Numbered from the stretch's first letter, positions 53,723-63,032 are shown. The stretch: DNA of 64,000 bases from Dehalococcoidales bacterium (GCA_034434915.1 DAOTYE010000004.1:10206-74205), one strand, 5' to 3'. The notes: generated by a model not told the origin, from the sequence alone. Numbers and translations are program-made.

Positions 53723-54503
53723 TATCCTTGAGAGGGTCGCCCGCGAGCGGGGGGGCATTGAGACGCTGGGAGCGGTAGTGCACAACAAGCAGGTGCTGGA
53801 GCGGCTCGCCGGACTGGGCGTAAGAGTAGCCAAAAACATTGAGGACATAAAGGGCAGCACCATCGCCACAAGCTCTCATGGCGTCAGTCCCCAGCTTGAG
53901 GAGGAGCTTAAAGCCCGCCGCATTGAGGTCATCAGTACTACCTGTCCTTTCGTCAACCGGGCACAGGTGGCCGCACGCCGGCTGGCAGAATCAGGCTTCT
54001 TCGTGGTGATTTTTGGTGATGCCAACCACCCGGAGGTCAAAGGCATCCTAGGCTGGACAAAAGGGAACAGCATCGCCACACTTGATGAAAAGTTCGTCAA
54101 AGAATTGAAGCCGGTACCGCGCCGGATTGGCATCCTCTCTCAGACCACCCAGATACCCGCCCACTTCACCGAGTTCGTCAAGAAGCTGATTGACGCCGCC
54201 TTTACCCGCGATTCAGAGATGCGCATTATTGACACCATCTGTCATGATATCCGGGAACGCCAGTCCGCGGCACAGAAACTTGCCAGAGAAGTTGACCTGA
54301 TGCTCGTTGTGGGCGGGCATCACAGCGCCAATACCAACCGTCTCGCTGAGCTGTGCGCGCAACTGACAGAGACGCACCTCATTGAGACTGCCGCAGAAAT
54401 AGAGCCCTCCTGGCTGGAGGGCAAAAGACGCATCGGCGTCACGGCAGGAGCCTCTACCGCAGAAGAAACAGTAGAGGAAGTGCTGGCTAAGCTCAGGGGC
54501 TAG
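53640..54503 (+). CDS. ispH: 4-hydroxy-3-methylbut-2-enyl diphosphate reductase
   Basis: GFCFGVKRAI, conserved Cys residues (TCPFV, ICHDI), and SANTNRL. There is no alternative start between 53640 and the conserved GFCFGV. Confidence 0.9.
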   Translation: MPAKKKKSISVAKAEKTGFCFGVKRAIDILERVARERGGIETLGAVVHNKQVLERLAGLGVRVAKNIEDIKGSTIATSSHGVSPQLEEELKARRIEVISTTCPFVNRAQVAARRLAESGFFVVIFGDANHPEVKGILGWTKGNSIATLDEKFVKELKPVPRRIGILSQTTQIPAHFTEFVKKLIDAAFTRDSEMRIIDTICHDIRERQSAAQKLAREVDLMLVVGGHHSANTNRLAELCAQLTETHLIETAAEIEPSWLEGKRRIGVTAGASTAEETVEEVLAKLRG

Positions 54504-54743
54504 CTACACCGCCAGACAGGTCACCGTCCGCGAGATGCCGGGAATAGGATGAATCTTCCCCGTCACCAGGTCACCAATATCATTCAGAGTATCGCCTTCC
54601 GCAATGGCAATGATGTCATAAGGACCGGTGACGGTATCCACTGATTTAACTCCTTTGAGTTTACCGAGGGTGGCGACCACTTCTTTATTCTTGCCGACAG
54701 CGGTCTCAATCAAAATAAAAGCTTTAGCTGCCACTGCATTCAC
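54504..54743 (-). CDS. Stand-alone Lrp/AsnC-type ligand-binding (RAM) domain protein
   Basis: 79 aa: KAFILIETAVGKNKEVVATLGKLKGVKSVDTVTGPYDIIAIAE. GTG start after an AAAGGGG SD. Confidence 0.65.
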   Translation of the reverse strand: MNAVAAKAFILIETAVGKNKEVVATLGKLKGVKSVDTVTGPYDIIAIAEGDTLNDIGDLVTGKIHPIPGISRTVTCLAV

Positions 54744-54816
54744 CCCCTTTACTGAGCAGTATGTCTGAGTGCAGTATAACTGCCAGCGCAAGCGGTGTCA
54801 ATATCCCGCCGCTCAC

Positions 54817-54846
54817 TTGACGCAATTTGTCCTGTTTGCCTATAAT
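54817..54846 (+). promoter_or_regulatory. Sigma70-type promoter of the acd-etfBA operon
   Basis: TTGACG (54817-54822), 18 nt spacer, TATAAT (54841-54846). Confidence 0.6.
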
Positions 54847-54859
54847 CTAACTTATCGTA

Positions 54860-54889
54860 TTAAGGTTAGATAAGCCGCGGTAACCTTAA
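54860..54889. promoter_or_regulatory. 9-12-9 inverted repeat in the leader (operator or RNA hairpin)
   Basis: TTAAGGTTA (54860-54868) and TAACCTTAA (54881-54889) are perfect complements. Located 14 nt after the -10. Confidence 0.5.
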
Positions 54890-54961
54890 GGCTTCTGCCG
54901 AGGAGAGTTGTGCTCCCCATGCCCACATCAGATGTCAGCCGCTTGTGAAAGGAGAGAGGGA

Positions 54962-56119
54962 GTGGAGTATTTTTTAACCGAACAGCAGAAAATGATTAAA
55001 AGCCTGGCACGGAAAATTGCTGAAGAGAAGATTCTTCCCGTCCGCGCCAGACTAGATGAAGCCGAGGAATTTCCCTGGGACATCATGAAAGCGCTGGCTG
55101 AGGCAGACCTCTTCCGCGTCTTCGTCCCGGAGCAGTATGAAGGGCTGGGAGGCGGCATTTTTGAGCTGTGCCTTGTGGTAGAAGAGATTAGCCGGGTATG
55201 CAGTGCTATTGCCGTGAGCTATGCCGCCAGCGCCCTCGGCACCTTTATTCTGATGGACTACGGCACAGAGGAGCAGAAGAAGAAATACCTCCCGGACACC
55301 GCATCTGGAAAGAAGCTGGCCGCGTTTGCTCTCACTGAGCCTCAAGCCGGCAGTGATGCCGCCGCCATCAAGACCACCGCTGATAAAGTCCCGGGCGGCT
55401 ATGTCATCAACGGCACCAAGCAGTTCATCACCAACGGCGGCGAGGCGGAACTCTATACCGTCATCGCCCTGACTGATAAGACCAAAGGACCCCGCGGCGC
55501 CAGCGCCCTGCTTGTGGAAAAGGGCACGCCGGGCTTCTCCTTCGGCAGGAAAGAGCATAAGATGGGCATCCGCGCTTCTTCCACGCGCGAGCTTATCTTC
55601 AAAGATTGCTTCGTGCCCGAGGAGAACCTCATCGGCAGGGCGGGGATGGGCTTCCTGCTCACCATGAAACTCCTTGACCGCTCCCGCCCCGGCATCGGCG
55701 CACAGGCGCTCGGCATCGCCCAGGGCGCCATGGAAGCGGCGGTGGATTACACGGAACGGCGCATCCAGTTTGGCAAGCCGCTCATTGCCCAGCCGGTGGT
55801 GCAGGACATCATCGGCAATATGGCAGCCCAGATTGAAGCCGCCCGCGCCCTCATCTATGCCACCGCGCGGATGATTGACAGCGGCGTGAAGAATTACACT
55901 GAACAGTCCGCCATCTGCAAGGTCTTCGCCTCAGACATGGCGATGCAGGTGACCACGGACGCTGTCCAGATTTGCGGCGGCGCCGGCTACATGCGTGATT
56001 ATCCCCTTGAGAAAATGATGCGGGATGCTAAAATCACCCAGATTTATGAGGGCTCCAACCAGGTGCTGAGGAACGCCATCGCCATTGAGGTCCGGAAGAG
56101 AAAAGGCAGGACGGTATGA
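54962..56119 (+). CDS. Acyl-CoA dehydrogenase
   Basis: ACAD motifs (FALTEPQAGSD, YEGSNQV). Start set at GTG 54962, after AAAGGAGAGAGGGA. Confidence 0.9.
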   Translation: MEYFLTEQQKMIKSLARKIAEEKILPVRARLDEAEEFPWDIMKALAEADLFRVFVPEQYEGLGGGIFELCLVVEEISRVCSAIAVSYAASALGTFILMDYGTEEQKKKYLPDTASGKKLAAFALTEPQAGSDAAAIKTTADKVPGGYVINGTKQFITNGGEAELYTVIALTDKTKGPRGASALLVEKGTPGFSFGRKEHKMGIRASSTRELIFKDCFVPEENLIGRAGMGFLLTMKLLDRSRPGIGAQALGIAQGAMEAAVDYTERRIQFGKPLIAQPVVQDIIGNMAAQIEAARALIYATARMIDSGVKNYTEQSAICKVFASDMAMQVTTDAVQICGGAGYMRDYPLEKMMRDAKITQIYEGSNQVLRNAIAIEVRKRKGRTV

Positions 56120-56904
56120 ACATCATCGTCTGCATCAAACAGGTTCCCGGCACTACTGAGGTCAAAATAGACCCGCAGAAAAACACCCTCATCCGCGAAG
56201 GCATCAAAAACATCATCAACCCTCTTGACACCTATGCCCTTGAGGAAGGGCTGAAGCTCAAGGAGCGCTACGGCGGCAAGGTCACCGCCCTCAGCATGGG
56301 ACCTCCTCAGGCAGTTGAGGCGCTCCGGGAAGCGATTTCCATGGGAATTGATGAGGGCATTTTGCTCAGCGATGCCGCTCTTGCTGGCTCAGATACCTGG
56401 GCCACCGCCTACGCCCTCGCCGCGGCAATCAAAAAGCTGGGGCAGGCTGACCTGATTATCTGCGGCCGCCAGACTACGGACGGTGACACCGGGCAGGTGG
56501 GACCGGAGCTTGCGGAGATACTCAAACTGCCCATCGTCACCTATGTCAGCAAGGTAGAGGAAATCGCCAGTGGCAGGATGCGCGTCCAGCGCCTGATTGA
56601 GGAAGGACATGAGACTATTGAGTCGCCTGTGCCCGCCGTCATCACCGTGGTGAAGGAAATCAATGTCCCGCGCCTGCCCTCCCTGCGCGGCATGATGAAA
56701 GCCAAAGGTGCTACCATCCCCATCTGGACCATAAAAGAGCTGGGCATTGACCCGGGCATGGTCGGTCTCGCCGGCTCAGCCACGAAGGTGGTCAAGCTAT
56801 CCTATCCCCAGAGGACATCTCAGGGCGAGCTACTTAAAGGAGAGCTCGCCAGCCAGGTGGAAACACTGCTCGCCAGGCTGAGGGATGCCGGTTTACTCAA
56901 GTGA
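56116..56904 (+). CDS. etfB: Electron transfer flavoprotein beta subunit
   Basis: MNIIVCIKQVP... signature. ATGA overlap with the ACAD gene. Confidence 0.9.
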   Translation: MNIIVCIKQVPGTTEVKIDPQKNTLIREGIKNIINPLDTYALEEGLKLKERYGGKVTALSMGPPQAVEALREAISMGIDEGILLSDAALAGSDTWATAYALAAAIKKLGQADLIICGRQTTDGDTGQVGPELAEILKLPIVTYVSKVEEIASGRMRVQRLIEEGHETIESPVPAVITVVKEINVPRLPSLRGMMKAKGATIPIWTIKELGIDPGMVGLAGSATKVVKLSYPQRTSQGELLKGELASQVETLLARLRDAGLLK

Positions 56905-56929
56905 TAGACGGGGGTGAGGAGCTAAAAAG

Positions 56930-57928
56930 ATGACAGTGAATGATAGCTATCGCGGAATATGGGTCTTTGCCGAACAGCGCAATGGCAAAGTGAAAAGTGT
57001 GAGCTATGAGCTCATCGCCAGAGGCAGAGAGCTGGCTGATGCCCTCCAGACGGAGCTGAGCGCCGTCTGCTTTGGTCAGGGCATCACGGAAGCTGACCAG
57101 CTTATCGCCAGCGGTGCAGACAAGGTAATTCTGGTGGACAGCCCGGAGCTTCTTAATCATGATGAAGACCTTTACACAGGCCAACTCGTTGAGCTCATCC
57201 AGAAGCACAAGCCGGAGATTGTCCTCGCCGGCGCCACCTCGCTCGGCCGCTCTTTCTTCCCGCGCGTGGCGGGCATTCTCAATACCGGGCTCACTGCTGA
57301 TTGTATCGGGCTTGATGTTGATGTGGAAAAGCGTTTGCTCCTTCAGACCCGCCCCACCTTCGGCAGTAACATCATGGCAACCGTTGTCTGTGAGACCAAA
57401 CGCCCCCAGATGGCGACCGTCCGCCCCCGCGTCTTCAAAAAGCGCACGCCAGACACCGCCCGCAAGGGTGAGATTATCAGGGTGGACTTTGACCGCGCCC
57501 ACATCACCTCGCGGACGAAGCTACTTTCCTTCGTGGAAGACCTTACTGAGAAGGTCAAAATTGAAGAGGCGGATGTCATCGTTGCCGGCGGCAGAGGGCT
57601 GGGCAATGCGGAGGGTTTTAAACTGCTGGAAGAACTGGCAGAATGCCTCGGTGCGGCCGTGGGCGCCTCCCGCCCGGTAGTGGATTCAGGCTGGATTCCC
57701 TACTCCCATCAGGTGGGGCAAACGGGCAAGACGGTCTGCCCCAAACTCTACATCGCCTGCGGCATATCAGGCGCCGCCCAGCACCTTGCCGGCATGCAGA
57801 CGTCAGACTGCATCGTAGCTATCAATAGTGACCCCAATGCCCCCATTTTCACCGTGGCGAACTTCGGCATCGTGGGCGACCTCTTCAAGGTCATTCCTCT
57901 GCTGGTGGAAAAGCTGAAGAAAGGGTAA
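56930..57928 (+). CDS. etfA: Electron transfer flavoprotein alpha subunit
   Basis: C-terminal FAD-binding motif [16 protein letters not shown]. Confidence 0.9.
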   Translation: MTVNDSYRGIWVFAEQRNGKVKSVSYELIARGRELADALQTELSAVCFGQGITEADQLIASGADKVILVDSPELLNHDEDLYTGQLVELIQKHKPEIVLAGATSLGRSFFPRVAGILNTGLTADCIGLDVDVEKRLLLQTRPTFGSNIMATVVCETKRPQMATVRPRVFKKRTPDTARKGEIIRVDFDRAHITSRTKLLSFVEDLTEKVKIEEADVIVAGGRGLGNAEGFKLLEELAECLGAAVGASRPVVDSGWIPYSHQVGQTGKTVCPKLYIACGISGAAQHLAGMQTSDCIVAINSDPNAPIFTVANFGIVGDLFKVIPLLVEKLKKG

Positions 57929-57943
57929 CAAGGAGGTGAACCC

Positions 57944-59107
57944 ATGTATGACCTGGTGATTAAAAACGGCACCGTCATTGACCCGGCACAGAAAATCCTC
58001 AATAAAAAGCTGGATATCGCCATCACGGGCAAGAAAATCGCAGCGCTTGCGCCTGACATCGTTCCTGGCACAGCAAAGGTGCTGGACGCCTCACGCTACA
58101 TCGTCACGCCCGGTCTTATTGACGCCCACTGCCACGTATACGCCGGCGTCAATTCTCTGAGCGCAGAGCCTGACAGTGCCGGCGTCCTGCAGGCGGTTAC
58201 TACCGTTTTAGATGCCGGGAGTGCCGGGCAGGCTCTCTTCAGCGGCTTCCCCAGGTATGTCATCCCCACCGCCCGCACCACGGTATTCTGCTGTCTGCAT
58301 GCTAACTCCACCGGACTGAGCGTCCTGCCGGAGCTAAATGACTGGTCTGAGATTGACGCTGACGCCATACGCGCCGTGGTAGAAGCACACCGGGGACTCA
58401 TCAAAGCCATCAAACTGCGCCAGGTAGGCAGGCTCATCGCCGCCAACGGGATAGAGGTCTTTAAGAAGGCAAAGCAAATAGCTAAAGACTGCGGATTGCC
58501 CATCATGGTGCACATCGGCGACCCGCTCAAAATGGTACCTGCCCGGGTGACCCGGGAACTGCTCCCGCTCATGGAGACAGGTGATATCCTGAGCCACGTC
58601 TATACCCCCCAGCAGGGTAATGTGCTGGATGAAAAAGGGGGTTTTATTCCTGAGCTTAAGGAGGCGCAAGCCAAGGGCGTCATCTTTGACATCGCCCCGG
58701 GCAGAATCAACTTCAGCTTCAGGGTGGCGCAAAAGTGTCTGGACGGAGGCTTTCTGCCCACGTTCATCGGCAGTGACGTGGTTGAGCCTTCAATCCGCGG
58801 ACCGGTCTACGGGCTGACTTTTACCATGTCCCGCTTGCTGGGGCTCGGCTTGAAGCTGGAGCAGGTTATTGAAATGTCCACCATCAGACCAGCCCGCATG
58901 CTGGGCATTGATAAGATGAAAGGCAGTCTGAAGCCGGGGATGGATGCTGATGTGTCTATGGTTGAAGTGCTCTCCGGAAAGTGGGACGCCCTTGACGCTG
59001 AAGGCAAGACATTCACCCTGAACAAGCTCATCATGCCGCGCATGTGTGTAAAGGCGGGCACGCTTATCCCCTCAAACCCACCCGCCGTGCCTGAAGCGAA
59101 GGAGTAA
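57944..59107 (+). CDS. Amidohydrolase/deacetylase-family metallohydrolase
   Basis: [11 protein letters not shown] metal-binding motif. TIM-barrel amidohydrolase size (387 aa). Confidence 0.75.
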   Translation: MYDLVIKNGTVIDPAQKILNKKLDIAITGKKIAALAPDIVPGTAKVLDASRYIVTPGLIDAHCHVYAGVNSLSAEPDSAGVLQAVTTVLDAGSAGQALFSGFPRYVIPTARTTVFCCLHANSTGLSVLPELNDWSEIDADAIRAVVEAHRGLIKAIKLRQVGRLIAANGIEVFKKAKQIAKDCGLPIMVHIGDPLKMVPARVTRELLPLMETGDILSHVYTPQQGNVLDEKGGFIPELKEAQAKGVIFDIAPGRINFSFRVAQKCLDGGFLPTFIGSDVVEPSIRGPVYGLTFTMSRLLGLGLKLEQVIEMSTIRPARMLGIDKMKGSLKPGMDADVSMVEVLSGKWDALDAEGKTFTLNKLIMPRMCVKAGTLIPSNPPAVPEAKE

Positions 59108-59120
59108 CCACACGTTCGCC

Positions 59121-59150
59121 TTGTGCAAACACACCCGCATGGCTTATAAT
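59121..59150 (+). promoter_or_regulatory. Candidate promoter of yceD-rpmF-fabDG
   Basis: TTGTGC (59121-59126), 18 nt spacer, TATAAT (59145-59150). Confidence 0.5.
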
Positions 59151-59189
59151 GAAATTAAACCTGAGCTTGATGCGGATTGAGAAGAGAAG

Positions 59190-59705
59190 ATGTTAATTAA
59201 TGTCTCCGGGCTGATGAGAGAGCTGGTGGGCTCCATCCGTAAGTATGAGATTGATGATACCATTGACCTGACGGATGAAGACAAGAACAAGAAAGTCAAA
59301 GGTGAGGTGAGGTTTATCCGCACCCAGCGCGGTATTCTGGCACAGGGTGATTTGACCACAGAAGCAGAGCTTGCCTGCAGTCGCTGTCTCAGAATGTTCT
59401 CCTGCTCGGTGGTGGTGCACTTTGAGGAAGAGTACGTCCCGACGATTGACATGGCAAGCGGTGCGCCCCTCCCGCCGCCGGAAGACCCGGGAGACTTCAC
59501 CATTGACGGACAGCATATTATTGACCTGAGGGAGGCAATCCGCCAGTATGCCCTGCTCGCCATCCCCATGAAGCCGCTGTGCCGAGAGGATTGTGCCGGA
59601 CTTTGCCAGACGTGCGGACAGAATCTCAATGACAGCGCCTGTGATTGCCCCATCCAGGACACTGACCCCCGCTGGGAGAAACTCATCAGACTGATGGAAA
59701 AATAA
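59190..59705 (+). CDS. yceD: YceD/DUF177 family protein
   Basis: CSRCL...CREDCAGLCQTCG Cys pattern. Located directly upstream of rpmF. Confidence 0.8.
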   Translation: MLINVSGLMRELVGSIRKYEIDDTIDLTDEDKNKKVKGEVRFIRTQRGILAQGDLTTEAELACSRCLRMFSCSVVVHFEEEYVPTIDMASGAPLPPPEDPGDFTIDGQHIIDLREAIRQYALLAIPMKPLCREDCAGLCQTCGQNLNDSACDCPIQDTDPRWEKLIRLMEK

Positions 59706-59723
59706 GGAAAAGGAAGGACAACT

Positions 59724-59924
59724 ATGGCACCTCTACCAAAACATAAGATTTCAAAGTCGCGCCGCGGTGAGAGACGCAATCACCTCGGCATTGTGACGCC
59801 AAAACTGGTTGATTGCCCTCAGTGTCACACTCCTAAACTACCCCACCATGCCTGCCCCACCTGCGGTAGCTACAACGGCAGAGAAATCATCAAGATTGAA
59901 AGCCCCAAAGAAAAGTCCAAATAG
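59724..59924 (+). CDS. rpmF: 50S ribosomal protein L32
   Basis: MAPLPKHKISKSRRGERR...CPQC...CPTCG. Confidence 0.9.
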   Translation: MAPLPKHKISKSRRGERRNHLGIVTPKLVDCPQCHTPKLPHHACPTCGSYNGREIIKIESPKEKSK

Positions 59925-59939
59925 CGCTTTACCATCGTT

Positions 59940-60875
59940 ATGGCTGAACGGAAGAAGGTAGCCTACGTATTTCCCGGGCAGGGTGCGCAAGCGGTGGGGA
60001 TGGGGCGCGACCTCTATGACGCATACCCCTCAGCACGGGCTATCTTCAAGCAGGCTGATGACATCCTGAGCTTTCCATTGTCAAAGCTTTGCTTTGAAGG
60101 TCCGGAAGAAGAGCTCCGCCAGACAGTCAATGCCCAGCCCGCCCTTGTTACCGTGAGCTATGCCTGTTTACAGGTCGCCCGTGAGACTGGCAAATTGCCA
60201 CCCGCAGATTTTGTTGCCGGGCACAGCCTCGGTGAATACACCGCCCTTGCCGCCGCCGGCGTGCTTGATTTCTCCACCACGGTCTACCTCGCCAGGGAGC
60301 GGGGACACGCCATGCATGAGGCTGGTCTGGCGCGACCGGGTTCCATGGCGGCAGTGCTGGGACTGGATGAAGCCGCCCTCGCTGATGTCTGCCAGCAGAC
60401 CGGCGTGTGGACAGTCAATATCAACTGCCCCGGACAGCTGGTCATCAGCGGCGACCGTGATAAACTGGCGACCGCAATGGAGCAGGCGAAAGCCAGAGGT
60501 GCGGCGCGGGTCGTCCCGCTCCAGGTGAGCGCCGCTTTCCATACACCCCTCATGCAACCGGCATACGACCGCATGGCGGAGGTACTGAGCAAGATTTGCT
60601 TTAAGGAGCCAGCGGTACCTGTCATCGCCAATACTACCGCCCAGCCCATCACCACGGCGGAAGCGGTGAAGCCCGAGCTTCTCAACCAGCTCTGCGATTG
60701 CGTCCAGTGGCAGGGTTCCGTGGAGTACATGATACAGGCAGGCGTGAACACTTTCATTGAGTTCGGACCGGGCAGGGTGCTCACGGGGCTCATCAAGCGT
60801 ATCAATAAAGACGTCCAGACCTTCAATCTGAGCGATGTGGCTTCAATAAAAAATCTGGCAATTCAGGGAGGTTAA
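59940..60875 (+). CDS. fabD: ACP S-malonyltransferase
   Basis: FPGQGAQ and the GHSLGEY active site. Confidence 0.9.
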   Translation: MAERKKVAYVFPGQGAQAVGMGRDLYDAYPSARAIFKQADDILSFPLSKLCFEGPEEELRQTVNAQPALVTVSYACLQVARETGKLPPADFVAGHSLGEYTALAAAGVLDFSTTVYLARERGHAMHEAGLARPGSMAAVLGLDEAALADVCQQTGVWTVNINCPGQLVISGDRDKLATAMEQAKARGAARVVPLQVSAAFHTPLMQPAYDRMAEVLSKICFKEPAVPVIANTTAQPITTAEAVKPELLNQLCDCVQWQGSVEYMIQAGVNTFIEFGPGRVLTGLIKRINKDVQTFNLSDVASIKNLAIQGG

Positions 60876-60876
60876 C

Positions 60877-61608
60877 ATGGCTCTTACAGGTAGAGTGGCT
60901 CTTATCACCGGGAGTGCCCGTGGCATCGGGCGGGCGATTGCCCTGAAGCTGGCGGAGCGCGGCGCGGACATCGTGGTGAGTGATATTGAAGACGCTGAGC
61001 CGGTGGCAGATGAAATCCGGGCGATGGGCAGGCAGAGTATCGCCGTGAAAGCCAATGTTTCCCTTGCCGCCGACGTGGAAAAACTGGTTGAATCAGCCAT
61101 TGCCAGGTTCGGGCATATTGATATCCTGGTGAACAACGCCGGCATTGCCCGGGACCAGCTCCTGCTGAGAATGTCAGAGGAGGAGTGGGACGCCGTCCTG
61201 AACGTGAACCTGAAGAGCGCCTTCCTGTGCAGTCGCGCCGTGGTGCGGCACATGCTGAAACAGCGCTGGGGGAGGATTGTGAGCATCTCCAGCGTGGTCG
61301 GCATCATGGGCAACCCGGGACAGGCGAACTATGCCGCCTCCAAAGCGGGCATCATCGGCTTCACCAAAACGCTGGCGAAGGAGCTTGGCTCGCGGGGCAT
61401 CACGGCGAACGCCATCGCCCCCGGTTTCATAGAGACCAGGATGACCCAGCAACTCAATGAAAACCAGCGCCAAGAGCTCTTCAAGCGCATTCCGCTGGGC
61501 TCACTGGGCACGCCACAGGACGTGGCGGAGGCGGTGGCATTCCTGGCTTCAGAAGAAGCGCGCTATATCAGCGGGCAGGTGCTCGGGGTGGATGGGGGGA
61601 TGACGTAA
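60877..61608 (+). CDS. fabG: 3-oxoacyl-ACP reductase
   Basis: TGSARGIG, NNAG, and YAASKAG SDR motifs. Confidence 0.9.
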   Translation: MALTGRVALITGSARGIGRAIALKLAERGADIVVSDIEDAEPVADEIRAMGRQSIAVKANVSLAADVEKLVESAIARFGHIDILVNNAGIARDQLLLRMSEEEWDAVLNVNLKSAFLCSRAVVRHMLKQRWGRIVSISSVVGIMGNPGQANYAASKAGIIGFTKTLAKELGSRGITANAIAPGFIETRMTQQLNENQRQELFKRIPLGSLGTPQDVAEAVAFLASEEARYISGQVLGVDGGMT

Positions 61609-61620
61609 ACAAGGCTATTT

Positions 61621-62118
61621 CTACTTATAGGGTCCGCCGTATCCACTCGGAGTGGCGTGGGTCTCCCAGATGTGCTTTTTACCCACCACACCCTGGCTCA
61701 GGATGACCTCAAACTGTCCCCAGATGGCATAGCCGCCTTCTCTCCAGTACGGGCTTGCCTCAAGCTCAGGTCCCACCCAGATAATCTTGTAGTGCCAGAC
61801 CTCCGCTGAGCCGCCCGGCACCATGCCATTCCACTCATTGGAGCACCAGGCTTCAGGAGACCATGGAGCGCCGTGGAAGCGGGCATCATCCCACGCTTTG
61901 CTCCACTTCATCACCAGATGGTCGTTAGCATAAAACGTGTCTCCCCAGACCGTACCATCCAGCGTCCGGTCAACGCCGTCTGCCGCGCCGACAAAGATAC
62001 GCGCCTGATAGTTGTAGCCGAATTCATCAAATCCCTTTCCGGCTGGCTGTGCGTACGCCGGAACGGCAATTGCCAGCATCAGCAACAGCATCCCGACTAC
62101 GATAATGATTCTCTTCAT
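61621..62118 (-). CDS. Exported Trp-rich protein, uncharacterised
   Basis: Signal peptide ...AVPAYA|QP. 11 Trp in 165 aa. Strong SD GGAGGG 6 nt before the ATG. Confidence 0.6.
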   Translation of the reverse strand: MKRIIIVVGMLLLMLAIAVPAYAQPAGKGFDEFGYNYQARIFVGAADGVDRTLDGTVWGDTFYANDHLVMKWSKAWDDARFHGAPWSPEAWCSNEWNGMVPGGSAEVWHYKIIWVGPELEASPYWREGGYAIWGQFEVILSQGVVGKKHIWETHATPSGYGGPYK

Positions 62119-62133
62119 ACCAAGCCCTCCTTT

Positions 62134-62167
62134 AAAAAATTAAAACCGACCTTTTCAGGGTCGGTTT
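62134..62167 (-). terminator. Intrinsic terminator (minus strand) located 15 nt upstream of the RBS of the next gene
   Basis: Minus-strand RNA reads AAACCGACC-CUGAAAA-GGUCGGUUU followed by UAAUUUUUU. Confidence 0.75.
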
Positions 62168-62260
62168 CACTATTGGCTCGCCGCCACCCCAGTGACCAAT
62201 CTCAGGGGGCGGGTCAGCACCCCCCACCCACTATCAACCTCATTAGCACTCAGCAAAACG

Positions 62261-62289
62261 ACTATATCACCGCGTTGATAACCTGTCAA
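62261..62289 (-). promoter_or_regulatory. Strong candidate sigma70 promoter (minus strand) just after the PRTase stop
   Basis: On the minus strand: TTGACA (62284-62289), 17 nt spacer, TATAGT (62261-62266). Confidence 0.55.
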
Positions 62290-62305
62290 TAGAACAATAG
62301 TTCAC

Positions 62306-63019
62306 TTAAATCGTCCTCTTTTTGACGGGACTTCCGGGTATCTTTATCACCCGCTTCCTCTGCCATTGCCACTCTTTGAGACAGTCCAGCACCTCTTCCT
62401 CACCCGGCTCGTTCCAGTGGCTGTAGAAATCAGCCAGATAAAATCTGGGCGCGGAACTGACCACGTAAGCCACCACCTTGCTGGCGTGTTTTTCCAGTTC
62501 ACGGAACGCGTGCTGAGAAGCAATTGGCACCGCCACGATGATTTCCCTGGGACGGCGTTTTTTTACTGACTCCACCGCCGCCCTCATGGTATAGCCAGAC
62601 GCCAGTCCATCATCAACAATTATCACCGTCTTGCCCGTGACGGACGCCGGCGGCAAATCCCGGTGGTAAAACAGGCTCCGCTCGCGGATGCTCTTCCTGA
62701 CACTGGCGACCTGGAAGGTTATCTGGTCCTGGGTCAAACCGGCTTTTCTGACCATCTCATCGTTCAGAATCATGGTGCCGTCATCGGTCACCGCCCCGAA
62801 GCCGCCTTCAGGATGAAGGGGGAGGGGGATTTTACGGGAGATGATGAGATTGAGCTCGGCTTCCAGTGCCAGCGCTACACCCAGCGCGATAGGTACACCG
62901 CCATTGGGAATAGCCAGGACAACAACCGGCTTGCCTTTATAGTCCATAAGCTTTTCTGCCAGCTTCCGCCCGGCATCATACCTGTTTTCAAAAATTTGCT
63001 GTGGCGTTAAGAGGTGCAT
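62306..63019 (-). CDS. Phosphoribosyltransferase-family protein
   Basis: PRPP-binding loop VIIVDDGLASGYT. 237 aa. Confidence 0.75.
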   Translation of the reverse strand: MHLLTPQQIFENRYDAGRKLAEKLMDYKGKPVVVLAIPNGGVPIALGVALALEAELNLIISRKIPLPLHPEGGFGAVTDDGTMILNDEMVRKAGLTQDQITFQVASVRKSIRERSLFYHRDLPPASVTGKTVIIVDDGLASGYTMRAAVESVKKRRPREIIVAVPIASQHAFRELEKHASKVVAYVVSSAPRFYLADFYSHWNEPGEEEVLDCLKEWQWQRKRVIKIPGSPVKKRTI

Positions 63020-63032
63020 ATCCCTTCTCCCA

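Noticed and set aside
62170-62255. Resemblance of the leader segment GGUGCUGACCCGCCCCCUGAG / GGUCACUGG to cobalamin-riboswitch core motifs.
   Set aside because: The leader is only about 120 nt. It lacks a B12 box (AGYCMGGAGACCKGCC-like) and the other conserved junction elements, so the similarity is probably GC-rich coincidence.
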